Below, in pieces: positions 14,491 through 23,002 of a stretch of DNA of 24,000 bases. This DNA is from Acidaminobacter sp. JC074 (GTDB lineage Bacteria > Bacillota > Clostridia > Peptostreptococcales > Acidaminobacteraceae): NCBI RefSeq assembly GCF_022496765.1, contig NZ_VANV01000003.1, positions 1 to 24,000 on the forward strand, written 5' to 3'. Within the stretch, counting starts at the first letter, position 1, and the number at the start of each line of letters is the position of its first letter. The notes below the pieces were generated by a model. It saw nothing but the letters and a program-made list of their open reading frames with translations, was not told where the DNA came from and made no database searches. The position numbers and the translations under genes are program-made.

Positions 14491-14519
14491 TTGACACTAG
14501 AACGTATGTTTGGTATAGT
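14491..14519 (+). promoter_or_regulatory. Putative sigma-A promoter (extended -10) of the 157-aa gene
   Basis: TTGACA (14491-14496), 17 nt spacer, TGGTATAGT (14511-14519). Confidence 0.55.
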
Positions 14520-14556
14520 GGAATAGGGTAGTAATTTAATATAGTGGGAGGAAAAT

Positions 14557-15030
14557 ATGGACAAGTATTTAGAAGGTTTAGAAATGATTGAAGCATCATG
14601 TGGTAATGGTAAAGACAATATAATTGCACTTGCGACTATTGCTATCGAAGACAGTTCAAACGGTAATCCAAGACCATTTGTACGTGAAGTAGACGCATAT
14701 TATGAAGATGGCGTATTTTATGTAACGACTTGGGGAAAGTCTAATAAAATCATGCAGGTTGAACACAATGAGGAAGTTGCATTTGTGGTTTGTCAGGAAG
14801 GTATTTCAGGTTCGGGTATTGGTAAGAATTTAGGATGGGTCATGGATCCTAAAAATGCAGAATTAAGATTAAAGCTTAGAAAAGCCTTTGCCAATTGGTA
14901 TGACCATGCCAATAATGAAGAAGATGAAAACTGTGTTATTATGGCCATTGAAATGACAAGAGGAGCCATTTTTAGAGATGAAGGTAAAATTGTTTATAAT
15001 TTAGATTTCATCAACAAGAGAGCTTTGTAA
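14557..15030 (+). CDS. Pyridoxamine 5'-phosphate oxidase-like (FMN-binding split-barrel) family protein
   Basis: Size and pattern (NIIALATI...PRPFVREVDAYYEDGVFYVTT...EVAFVV) resemble PNPOx-like / general-stress-protein-26 family members. RBS is GGGAGGA. Confidence 0.5.
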   Translation: MDKYLEGLEMIEASCGNGKDNIIALATIAIEDSSNGNPRPFVREVDAYYEDGVFYVTTWGKSNKIMQVEHNEEVAFVVCQEGISGSGIGKNLGWVMDPKNAELRLKLRKAFANWYDHANNEEDENCVIMAIEMTRGAIFRDEGKIVYNLDFINKRAL

Positions 15031-15047
15031 TTTATGATTGTAAATAG

Positions 15048-15085
15048 AAAAGAGCAGTTAGACTAAGTCTTTCTGCTCTTCTTTG
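15048..15085. terminator. Bidirectional terminator between the PNPOx-like gene and the M48 peptidase gene
   Basis: AAGAGCAG (15050-15057) / CTGCTCTT (15073-15080) with inner AGAC/GTCT pairing, flanked by A and T runs. Confidence 0.6.
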
Positions 15086-15099
15086 GTTTGAAAACTTGT

Positions 15100-16314
15100 T
15101 TATTGTAAATTTTTTATTCTGTCACTTGTTGGTGGATGACTGTAAGTCAGCTTTACCACCAGTGGGTGAGGTGTTAGATTTGAGAAGTTTTCTCTAGAGA
15201 GTACTTTTAATGCAGAGACCATAGCATCTTTATAACCAGCCTTTTTAGCAACAGCATCGGCTCTGTATTCTGCCTTTCTAGATAAATAAGAAAGCGGCAT
15301 GTTGATCAGGATGCTGATTGGTTCTAATAAGATACCAAATAAGATAATTGAAAAGCCCGTATGTACTTGTGTGAATCCAAAAGCAAGTGACAGTGCGTTT
15401 GATGATAATATCTGAAAAAGTATGGCTAGAAAAATGCCTGTTTGAACCAAAGCGATGACAAAGTTTCTAAAAACATCTTTATGAATTGAATGACCGATCT
15501 CATGGGCTAATACTGAAATGATTTCATCAGTGGTACATTTTTCTAAAAGTGTGTCGTATAAGATGATGCTCTTAAACTTACCAAAACCTGAGAAAAAAGC
15601 ATTGAGTCTTGATGAACGTTTGGATGCATCCATAACGCCGATTGACTTAATCTCATAACCTAGTGATTTAGATAACTGAGTTGCTTTATCATAGAGTTCG
15701 CCTTCTTCAAGTGGTGTTATCTTGTTAAACAACTTGATAAAGACCTTTGTGTATAAAATGTTGATAAGAAGAGTAAAAACTGCCATGGCTATCCATGCGT
15801 ATAGAAGTGCCATTTTACCTGTAAACTCATAGAAGTAGAGTAGAAGTGCTAATAAGCCACCACCTATGATTGCGCCTAATACAAGGCCTTTAATTTGATC
15901 TAATATAAATGTTTTTAGAGTGGTTTTGTTAAAGCCGTATCTTTCTTCTATGTTGAAGGTACGATAAATAGAAAAACCGATCCCAATCATATAGGAAATC
16001 AAAGCATAAACACCTAAGAACAACAAGGTCTGTATGATATTATTTTCTGATAAATTATCTGTAAAAGCTGCAATTCTAGGGAAAACGCCGACTACAAAAA
16101 AGAGTATCAAAACACCTGTATTGATAATCTTTGAAATTAAGTTGAGTTTAAAGACTTCCATGGTATAAAGATGCCATTTCTTATAGTCTTCTTCATCATA
16201 AACATCTTTCACGTTTTCTGGAATAGGCTGGTTTCTATTCTTATAGTTTAGTGTAGATAGTGTGATGTCTATGGTAAATACCAAGAGTATAGCTGCAATT
16301 ATCAATACAAACAT
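15100..16314 (-). CDS. M48-family zinc metallopeptidase (Ste24/CAAX-protease-like)
   Basis: HEIGH zinc motif (LAHEIGHSIHKD), a downstream E (AEYRAD), multiple TM helices, and an N-terminal YKNRNQPIPENVKDVYDEEDYKKW segment typical of the Ste24 N-domain. Confidence 0.85.
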   Translation of the reverse strand: MFVLIIAAILLVFTIDITLSTLNYKNRNQPIPENVKDVYDEEDYKKWHLYTMEVFKLNLISKIINTGVLILFFVVGVFPRIAAFTDNLSENNIIQTLLFLGVYALISYMIGIGFSIYRTFNIEERYGFNKTTLKTFILDQIKGLVLGAIIGGGLLALLLYFYEFTGKMALLYAWIAMAVFTLLINILYTKVFIKLFNKITPLEEGELYDKATQLSKSLGYEIKSIGVMDASKRSSRLNAFFSGFGKFKSIILYDTLLEKCTTDEIISVLAHEIGHSIHKDVFRNFVIALVQTGIFLAILFQILSSNALSLAFGFTQVHTGFSIILFGILLEPISILINMPLSYLSRKAEYRADAVAKKAGYKDAMVSALKVLSRENFSNLTPHPLVVKLTYSHPPTSDRIKNLQ

Positions 16315-16323
16315 GATTTCTCC

Positions 16324-16872
16324 TTATAAGAATGTTGTGAAATATCCTAAAATCCCTGCTATTGAAATAAGGATGATAGGGTGCATTTTTTGCCTTAGGG
16401 CAATAAATAATATAACAATGGTAATGATAAATGTTTCGAAGTTAAAAGCAATCTGACCATGGCCGCCACTTAGAATGGTTGTTCTTGCCATAACAAGGGC
16501 TGACGCTAAAATCAAGCCGGCTACAACGGGTCTGATACCCAAGAAAATATGTTTCATTATTGGGTGATCGCTGTACTTGAAAAAGAAACCTGATACAAAC
16601 AGTATCAATAAGAGTGATGGCATAGCCACACCAAGTGTTGCAGACATAGAACCTAAGATACCTGCTGTTTTGTAACCGACAAATGTAGCGGAGTTAACAG
16701 CGATAGGGCCTGGTGTCATTTCAGCGATACCAATTATCTGTACAAATTCTTCTTGTAACAGCCAACCTTCTTTGGTAATCAAATCTGAGATCAATGGTAT
16801 CATGGCATAACCGCCACCAAATGAAAACAAACCTATTTTAAAGAAGGACATAAAGAGTCTAAGATAAATCAT
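16324..16872 (-). CDS. chrA: Chromate transporter (CHR) family protein, short form, second half of a pair
   Basis: FGGGYAMIPLI and MTPGPIAVNSATFVGYK motifs, about 180 aa. Overlaps the upstream paralogue by 14 nt. Confidence 0.85.
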   Translation of the reverse strand: MIYLRLFMSFFKIGLFSFGGGYAMIPLISDLITKEGWLLQEEFVQIIGIAEMTPGPIAVNSATFVGYKTAGILGSMSATLGVAMPSLLLILFVSGFFFKYSDHPIMKHIFLGIRPVVAGLILASALVMARTTILSGGHGQIAFNFETFIITIVILFIALRQKMHPIILISIAGILGYFTTFL

Positions 16873-17422
16873 CGTCGCCTCCTTTATAATGATGGTTGTA
16901 CAAGTAGAGTAAGAAACCTACTAGGCCGCCTCCGATGATCAAGAAAATTGGGCTGATATCAGTAAATAATATAACGACTACTGTTACAATGACCAGCACA
17001 ACACTCAGACCATCATGTATGGCCACCTTCAACATTTTTCTAGCAGCAAGTATAATTAGAACAATGACTGCACCATTAATGCCTGTAAAGATGGCTTTGA
17101 TGGTATTGTTGTCAGAAATTCTAGAGAAGAATGTTGCTATGATTGTGATGATAAAAAAGGATGGCAAGATAACCCCGATGGTTGCAAATATAGCACCTAG
17201 TTTACCGGCTACCTTATAGCCTACTAAGGTTGATGTGTTAATGGCTATTGCACCTGGGAAAGACTGAGAGACTGCAAAATAGTCAAAGATGTCTTCTTTT
17301 TTTACCCATCCCTTGTTGGTCACGATTTCTTCTTCAATCAAAGGAATCATGGCATACCCACCCCCGAAGGTGAATGCCCCTATCTTGAAGAATACTTTAA
17401 AAAGTTCCAAGTAAATGCTCAT
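16859..17422 (-). CDS. chrA: Chromate transporter (CHR) family protein, short form, first half of a pair
   Basis: FGGGYAMIPLIEEE and SFPGAIAINTSTLVGYK motifs. Paralogue of the adjacent gene, a split two-gene CHR arrangement. Confidence 0.85.
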   Translation of the reverse strand: MSIYLELFKVFFKIGAFTFGGGYAMIPLIEEEIVTNKGWVKKEDIFDYFAVSQSFPGAIAINTSTLVGYKVAGKLGAIFATIGVILPSFFIITIIATFFSRISDNNTIKAIFTGINGAVIVLIILAARKMLKVAIHDGLSVVLVIVTVVVILFTDISPIFLIIGGGLVGFLLYLYNHHYKGGDDDLS

Positions 17423-17423
17423 G

Positions 17424-18128
17424 TTATATCTCCAAGATGTCTTTGATTACTTCAGAGGCAATGATTAGACCTGCTACTGAAGGTACAAAAGAAACACTAC
17501 CTGGTGTAGAACGTCTACTTTCTGATGTTTCTAACTCAAATGGTTTTAATGGTTGTTCTTTAGAATAGACAACCTTTACCTTCTTGATACGTCTCTTTTT
17601 AAGTTCATTTCTCATAACCTTAGCAAGAGGGCACATTGATGTTTTAGAGATATCTGCGACTTCTAGCATAGCTGGATTAAGTTTGTTACCTGTACCCATG
17701 CTGCATATAAATGGTAGGTCTAGTTCCTTACATCTTTCAATAATTAAAAGTTTTGATGTGACCATGTCAATGGCATCTACCACATAGTCTAAGTCATTTG
17801 AAATAAGTTCTAGGTTATCTTTGTTAAAAAGAACGGGTAGCGCTGTCACTGTAATATCTGGATTGATCAGCTTGATACGTTCTTTCATGGCTTCAACCTT
17901 TAGTTGACCTACTGTCTGAGTATGTGCATGTATCTGTCGGTTGATATTCGATTCTACAATATCATCAAAGTCTATTAGAACAATGTGGCCGATACCTGTT
18001 CTAGCAAGTGCTTCAACGACAAATGAACCGACACCTCCGATGCCAAATACTGCAACTTTTTTATCCTTAAGTTTATCAATGCCATCTTCTCCAAGAAGCA
18101 TGGCAGATCTTATAAATTTATTATCCAT
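17424..18128 (-). CDS. tcdA: tRNA threonylcarbamoyladenosine dehydratase (ThiF/E1-like)
   Basis: FIRSAMLLGEDGIDKLKDKKVAVFGIGGVGSFVVEALARTGIGHIVLIDFDDIVESNINRQ. Start moved to ATG at 18128, preceded by GGAGG. The stop lies 1 nt from the chrA start. Confidence 0.8.
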   Translation of the reverse strand: MDNKFIRSAMLLGEDGIDKLKDKKVAVFGIGGVGSFVVEALARTGIGHIVLIDFDDIVESNINRQIHAHTQTVGQLKVEAMKERIKLINPDITVTALPVLFNKDNLELISNDLDYVVDAIDMVTSKLLIIERCKELDLPFICSMGTGNKLNPAMLEVADISKTSMCPLAKVMRNELKKRRIKKVKVVYSKEQPLKPFELETSESRRSTPGSVSFVPSVAGLIIASEVIKDILEI

Positions 18129-18194
18129 AGTAACCTCCGTTTTCATTATATATCTATATAGTTTTTTTTCAAGTAATCTTTTTATCGTTAAAAC

Positions 18195-18223
18195 TTATCA
18201 ATCGTTAAAATATAGGGTATAAT
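18195..18223 (+). promoter_or_regulatory. Putative promoter of the ArsR-like gene, with a direct-repeat operator candidate
   Basis: TTATCA (18195-18200), 17 nt spacer, TATAAT (18218-18223). ATCGTTAAAA occurs at 18184-18193 and again at 18201-18210, inside the spacer. Confidence 0.4.
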
Positions 18224-18265
18224 AAATATGTTGTTGATTAGATGTTATGTTGGAGGAACGTTAAA

Positions 18266-18823
18266 ATGAAGGATAGTATTACGCTGAAAACCATGAACGA
18301 AATAAAAATTATTTCGAATCCGATTCGTATGCGTGTCTTAAGAAATTATTATTCTATAGGTAAACCAGCGACTGTTAAACAGATGGCTGTCTATATGGGA
18401 GAAGTACCAGCAAATATTCACTATCATGTGAAAAAACTTGTTGAGATTAATGTCTTAGAGTTAGATCATACTGAGAGTGTCAATGGTATTACAGCTAAGT
18501 TTTATGTCCCTACTGCGAGGCATATAAAGATTGATGATGAACATGATGTATCAGAAAAGTACATCGACGAAAAAGAAGTTATTGTTTCAAACATCTTTGA
18601 TGATGGTAAAAAGGAGTTCATGAAGGCCCTTAGATCTAAGTCAAATGATGAAAAAGGCACAATCTTTGCTTCTAAGATAGCCCTTACAGAAAGTGAATAC
18701 GAGAAGGTATTAGACTACATGACTAAACTTGTTGATGAACATCGTGTAACCGATAAGGATGATAAGAAGTACCTATTGTTTACAGGGATTATTGAAATAG
18801 AAGATTCTTCAGAGGAAGAATGA
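18266..18823 (+). CDS. ArsR-family winged-helix transcriptional regulator with long acidic C-terminal extension (no Cys)
   Basis: NPIRMRVLRNYY...ATVKQMAVYMGEVPANIHYHVKKLVEINVLE is a typical ArsR/HTH_20 recognition region. Start set at ATG 18266 behind GGAGGA. Confidence 0.7.
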   Translation: MKDSITLKTMNEIKIISNPIRMRVLRNYYSIGKPATVKQMAVYMGEVPANIHYHVKKLVEINVLELDHTESVNGITAKFYVPTARHIKIDDEHDVSEKYIDEKEVIVSNIFDDGKKEFMKALRSKSNDEKGTIFASKIALTESEYEKVLDYMTKLVDEHRVTDKDDKKYLLFTGIIEIEDSSEEE

Positions 18824-18927
18824 TAAAATAGCACAAAAAATGTTTATCTACCCGCATTTTTGGGGATATATACAATAGAAATAGAGACGTTTAGAACTAA
18901 AGTGGGCTTAATTCCAGGGAGGTTCGT

Positions 18928-19284
18928 ATGGGTAGATATAAGTATAACATTAGAGTAAATAAAGCCAATAAGCAGTATGGTTATATAGATGGTTCTATCA
19001 ATGATATTTATTGGTTTGCACTTGTTCATAGTGAGGTTGTAGAAAATGGCATAGATCCTGTGACGCTTGAGAAAGGCTTCGGTAGGATTACAAGACTGTG
19101 CCTGTATAAAGACAACACGACCTTTGAAGGAGATCCATTTTTACCGTCAATGACAGTTAGAAGACAAATCTATGTTAATTATCAAGAAGAATGGAGTGTC
19201 TTGAATTCTGGATATGTGGATATGGCAAGAGATTTAATCCAGTATCTAGAAAGACGTTACTCACTAAAATTGGTATCATGTTAA
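18928..19284 (+). CDS. Hypothetical protein (118 aa)
   Basis: Good RBS (GGGAGG, 6 nt spacer) and its own terminator. I recognise no family motif. Confidence 0.5.
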   Translation: MGRYKYNIRVNKANKQYGYIDGSINDIYWFALVHSEVVENGIDPVTLEKGFGRITRLCLYKDNTTFEGDPFLPSMTVRRQIYVNYQEEWSVLNSGYVDMARDLIQYLERRYSLKLVSC

Positions 19285-19312
19285 GCCGGAGGTAATCCGG
19301 TTTTATTTTTTT
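19285..19312 (+). terminator. Rho-independent terminator
   Basis: CCGGA (19286-19290) / TCCGG (19296-19300) with loop GGTAA, followed by TTTTATTTTTTT. Confidence 0.7.
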
Positions 19313-19417
19313 GTTATCAATGACCTGAATTATGATATAATAGCTAGGTATCTGTAACACAGGATACTGCAATAGACTATAAAATATATTATTCTATACA
19401 TGTAAACAGGAGGAAAA

Positions 19418-20056
19418 ATGAAAAGATTATTTGTATCAGATTTTGACGGCACAGCAACGGCCTTAGATTTCTATAAAATTGTATTAAACATGATTGGTCA
19501 AGAAGGTTGGGATTATGTAACCGACTACAGAAAAACTGGTAAAGTGGACTATCATTTCTTAAATAAAATATTTGGATGGCACAAATTATCAAATGAAGAA
19601 TACGATGCCTTAATTGATACCATTGAACTTGATAAGACTTTAAAGGACTTTTTAGCCTATTTAGAAGAGGTAGGCGTTGACTTTAAATTTGTAAGTGCTG
19701 GTTTTGACAAGTACATCGATGATATCCTTGAAAAAGAAGGTTATAAAGGTGTTGAGGTCATGACAAACCCTGGATCATTTGAAGAGGGCATCATGAAGAT
19801 GTCACCAGATAAAAACAGTCCATTTTACCATGACTTATTTGGTATTGATAAGGGTAAAGTGATGCAGCACTTAAAGAAGGATGCTGATAAGGTATACTTT
19901 GCAGGAGATACAGAACCAGATTTTACAGCAGCCTTAGAAGCTGATGTTGTATTTGCAAAAGGTGAGCTGATTCCAATGTTAGAAAAGCATAACAAACCAT
20001 ATATCAAGTTTGATAAGTACATTGAAATAGTGGAGCATTTGAAAGCAGGTGTGTAA
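19418..20056 (+). CDS. HAD-superfamily phosphatase (subfamily IB, MtnX/PSPase-like)
   Basis: Motif I FVSDFDGTAT, motif II VSAG, motif III K (DKGK), motif IV GDTEPD. RBS is AGGAGGA. Confidence 0.75.
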   Translation: MKRLFVSDFDGTATALDFYKIVLNMIGQEGWDYVTDYRKTGKVDYHFLNKIFGWHKLSNEEYDALIDTIELDKTLKDFLAYLEEVGVDFKFVSAGFDKYIDDILEKEGYKGVEVMTNPGSFEEGIMKMSPDKNSPFYHDLFGIDKGKVMQHLKKDADKVYFAGDTEPDFTAALEADVVFAKGELIPMLEKHNKPYIKFDKYIEIVEHLKAGV

Positions 20057-21108
20057 TGATATCACAAGCGATTGCAATACCAAGATTAATTGAAAGTAAA
20101 TACCATGCCTTAAATGATTTGCCTGGAGCTTTGAAAGCCCATGGTTTTAAGAGGGTTCTTTTTACAGTAGGTAATGGCATTGAAGACTTGTTTAAAGAGA
20201 AGATAAGTCACCTGACGAGTGAGCCTGAATTGATCATCACAGGTCCTGTCATCCTAGAAGAGCTGGATGTTGAAAAGTTAGCCCCAATGGCTTATGACTT
20301 TCCAAATTACGATGTCATTGTTTCCATGGGGGGTGGCAAGGCTATAGACTCTGGTAAATATACAGCTTTTTTAAAGGGCATCCCCTTTATCAGCATTCCA
20401 ACAAGTATTTCAAATGATGGCTTTGCTTCTTCTGGAGCATCTTTGATGATTGAAGGTAAAAGAAAAAGTGTTTCAGCAAAAATGCCTTATGGTGTAATAG
20501 CGGATCTTTCTATACTGTCTACAGCACCTGAAAGATTTTACTACAGCGGGCTTGGAGATGTGGTTTCTAAGATTACAGCCTCTTATGATTGGCAGTACGA
20601 AGCCAATCGTGGTGTGGGTTCTGTTGATCATTTTGCACTTTTAACATCTAAAAAATCGGTCAACTCAGTTGTGAGACTGCCAAGACCTTATATTGAAGAG
20701 GGTTTATTTTTAAAGGAAGTAGTAGACTCCTTGATTATGAGTGGTATTTCAATGGAGGTTGCGGGTTCTAGTGCACCGGCATCAGGGAGTGAACACCTTA
20801 TCTCTCATGCTATGGATAGACTAGCACCAGGTGAGTATTTGCATGGCATCCAAGTAGGGATTGCTACCTACATTATGTCTTTGACCCAAGATTACAGAGT
20901 CAATAGGGTAAGAACTTTCTTGTCTGATACAGGTTTCTTTGATTATGTAAAGACATTTGAAATACCAAAACAGCTTCTTGTTGATGCCATCCGTTTAGCA
21001 CCATCCATTAAGCCTAATAGACATACGACACTACATGAACAGAAATATGTAGAAAAAGCAATTAAATATCTAGATGAAGACAGGATTTTAAGGTCGATTC
21101 TATTTTAA
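20056..21108 (+). CDS. sn-Glycerol-1-phosphate dehydrogenase-like enzyme (AraM/EgsA type; iron-containing ADH / DHQS-like superfamily)
   Basis: GGGKAIDSGKY, IPTSISNDGFAS, GDVVSK, SGSEHLISHAMD...HGIQVG, about 350 aa. The start ATG overlaps the HAD gene stop (TAATG). Confidence 0.65.
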   Translation: MISQAIAIPRLIESKYHALNDLPGALKAHGFKRVLFTVGNGIEDLFKEKISHLTSEPELIITGPVILEELDVEKLAPMAYDFPNYDVIVSMGGGKAIDSGKYTAFLKGIPFISIPTSISNDGFASSGASLMIEGKRKSVSAKMPYGVIADLSILSTAPERFYYSGLGDVVSKITASYDWQYEANRGVGSVDHFALLTSKKSVNSVVRLPRPYIEEGLFLKEVVDSLIMSGISMEVAGSSAPASGSEHLISHAMDRLAPGEYLHGIQVGIATYIMSLTQDYRVNRVRTFLSDTGFFDYVKTFEIPKQLLVDAIRLAPSIKPNRHTTLHEQKYVEKAIKYLDEDRILRSILF

Positions 21109-21113
21109 GTTTA

Positions 21114-21141
21114 AGCATCTGAAAATTTCAGGTGCTTTTTT
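21114..21141 (+). terminator. Rho-independent terminator
   Basis: AGCATCTGA / TCAGGTGCT stem with one G.U pair, followed by TTTTTT. Confidence 0.7.
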
Positions 21142-21209
21142 GCTTAAAGTCTATAATTTTGGTGTAAATATTATATGATGGACTAAATTAAATTTAGAAT
21201 GGAGGAACA

Positions 21210-23000
21210 ATGAAGCAATTAATGATGACAGGAAACGAAGCTATTGCTAGAGGGTTCTATGAAGCAGGGGGTAAAATAGCAACCTCTTATCCAGGTTCGC
21301 CAACTGTACAGATACTAGAAGCAGCAAAGCAATATGAAGGTGTATACGGTGAGTTTTCCACCAATGAAAAAGTAGCACTAGAAGTTGCTATTGGTGGCTC
21401 GTTTGCAGGTGTAAGATCTATGGTGAGCATGAAACATGTGGGGGTCAATATTGCAGCTGACCCATTAATGACATTTACTGAAACACCAACAAATGGTGGC
21501 TTTGTTTTGATTTCTGGTGATGATCCAGGATTGAAGAGCTCACAAAATGAACAAGATAATAGGGTATTTGGTAAGTTTGCCAATATGCTCATACTGGATC
21601 CTTCTGATGCACAAGATGCCAAAGACTTTGCTAAAAAAGCCTTTGATCTTTCTGAAAAATATGAAACGCCAGTCATGATAAGAATTACATCTAGACTATG
21701 TCATTCCAGATCAATTGTGAATGTTGAAGAAAGATTAGAGTCTGTTAAAGAGGTCTTTAAAAAAGATGGTAAGTACTGTATGATTCCGCCTAATTCCAAT
21801 AAGGCCCAGTACTTTATGAAAGATAGAGTTCAATCACTAGCTGATGATACAGAAACAATTGATTTAAATAAACTAGAAGCTGGACATTCGAAGGATGTTC
21901 TGATTATCACATCTGGTTTACCCTATGTTTATGTAAAAGAGTTAGGTTTAGAAATAGATGTTTTAAAGTTAGGGATGGTTTATCCGCTATCTAAGTCATA
22001 TATAGAAAAAATAACAAGTGGCTATAAGAAGATTGTTGTCATAGAAGAAATGATGCCATTTATTCAAAATGAACTTAAGTTGATGGGCATTGAATCTGTA
22101 GGTAAGGAGTATTTTTCTTTTACTGGCGAGTTAGATGCTACATCTATCCATAATGGTCTTCTTGAAGCAGGACTTATCAGTGGTGATATCAAGTCTGGCA
22201 AAATGGATTTACCGACTGTTAACAGACAACCTCTCTTCTGTGCGGGCTGTCCTCATAGACCAATCTTTGATATTTTAAAGAAATCTAAGGCCAAAATGGT
22301 GATTGGTGATATTGGTTGTTATTCTCTAGGCGTCTTAAGTCCAACTGAGATATCTCATTCCATTATTTCAATGGGCGCCAGTGTAGGTATTACAAAAGGT
22401 ATTAGAAAGGCTATGTCTTTGGGACAAAAGGAAGAACCTATTGTTTCTTTAATTGGTGATGGTACCTTCTTCCATTCTGGTATACCTTCATTTATCAACC
22501 TTTTGCACCAGCAAGAGGACTTTGAGAATATGACCTTTTTAATTCTTGATAATAGAACCACGGCTATGACAGGTGGTCAGCACAATGGTGGTTCAGGTAA
22601 CTTTAACGAAAAAGATGATTTGCATGTAGATATAAAATCACTTCTTGAAACCATTGGTTTTAAGAGGGTCATAGAGGTAGATCAGTACGATTACAAGGCA
22701 ACTAAGAAAATAATCGATGATGAAATAGGCTTTAATGGCTTGTCGATTGTCATTGCAAAAGGTCAATGTGCCCTTAAATACAAGGTGAAGAAAACGCCAT
22801 ATTATGTGGATCCTGAAATATGTATCGCGTGTAAGTCATGCATCAGAACCAACTGTCCGCCACTTAAGATGAAAAAATACGATGGCATTGAAAAGATGAA
22901 ATCATCTATTGATGAAGATATGTGTGTGGGCTGCGGTATTTGTGCTCAAGTGTGTCCGGTAGGGGCTATTAAGCTTGTGACAGATAGAAAAGAGGTGTAG
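21210..23000 (+). CDS. iorA: Indolepyruvate:ferredoxin oxidoreductase, alpha subunit
   Basis: N-terminal MTGNEAIARGFYEAGGKIATSYPGSPT, TPP-binding region GDIGCY...IGDGTFFHSG, and C-terminal 2x CxxCxxCxxxCP (CIACKSCIRTNCP, CVGCGICAQVCP). 596 aa. Confidence 0.9.
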   Translation: MKQLMMTGNEAIARGFYEAGGKIATSYPGSPTVQILEAAKQYEGVYGEFSTNEKVALEVAIGGSFAGVRSMVSMKHVGVNIAADPLMTFTETPTNGGFVLISGDDPGLKSSQNEQDNRVFGKFANMLILDPSDAQDAKDFAKKAFDLSEKYETPVMIRITSRLCHSRSIVNVEERLESVKEVFKKDGKYCMIPPNSNKAQYFMKDRVQSLADDTETIDLNKLEAGHSKDVLIITSGLPYVYVKELGLEIDVLKLGMVYPLSKSYIEKITSGYKKIVVIEEMMPFIQNELKLMGIESVGKEYFSFTGELDATSIHNGLLEAGLISGDIKSGKMDLPTVNRQPLFCAGCPHRPIFDILKKSKAKMVIGDIGCYSLGVLSPTEISHSIISMGASVGITKGIRKAMSLGQKEEPIVSLIGDGTFFHSGIPSFINLLHQQEDFENMTFLILDNRTTAMTGGQHNGGSGNFNEKDDLHVDIKSLLETIGFKRVIEVDQYDYKATKKIIDDEIGFNGLSIVIAKGQCALKYKVKKTPYYVDPEICIACKSCIRTNCPPLKMKKYDGIEKMKSSIDEDMCVGCGICAQVCPVGAIKLVTDRKEV

Positions 23001-23002
23001 GT

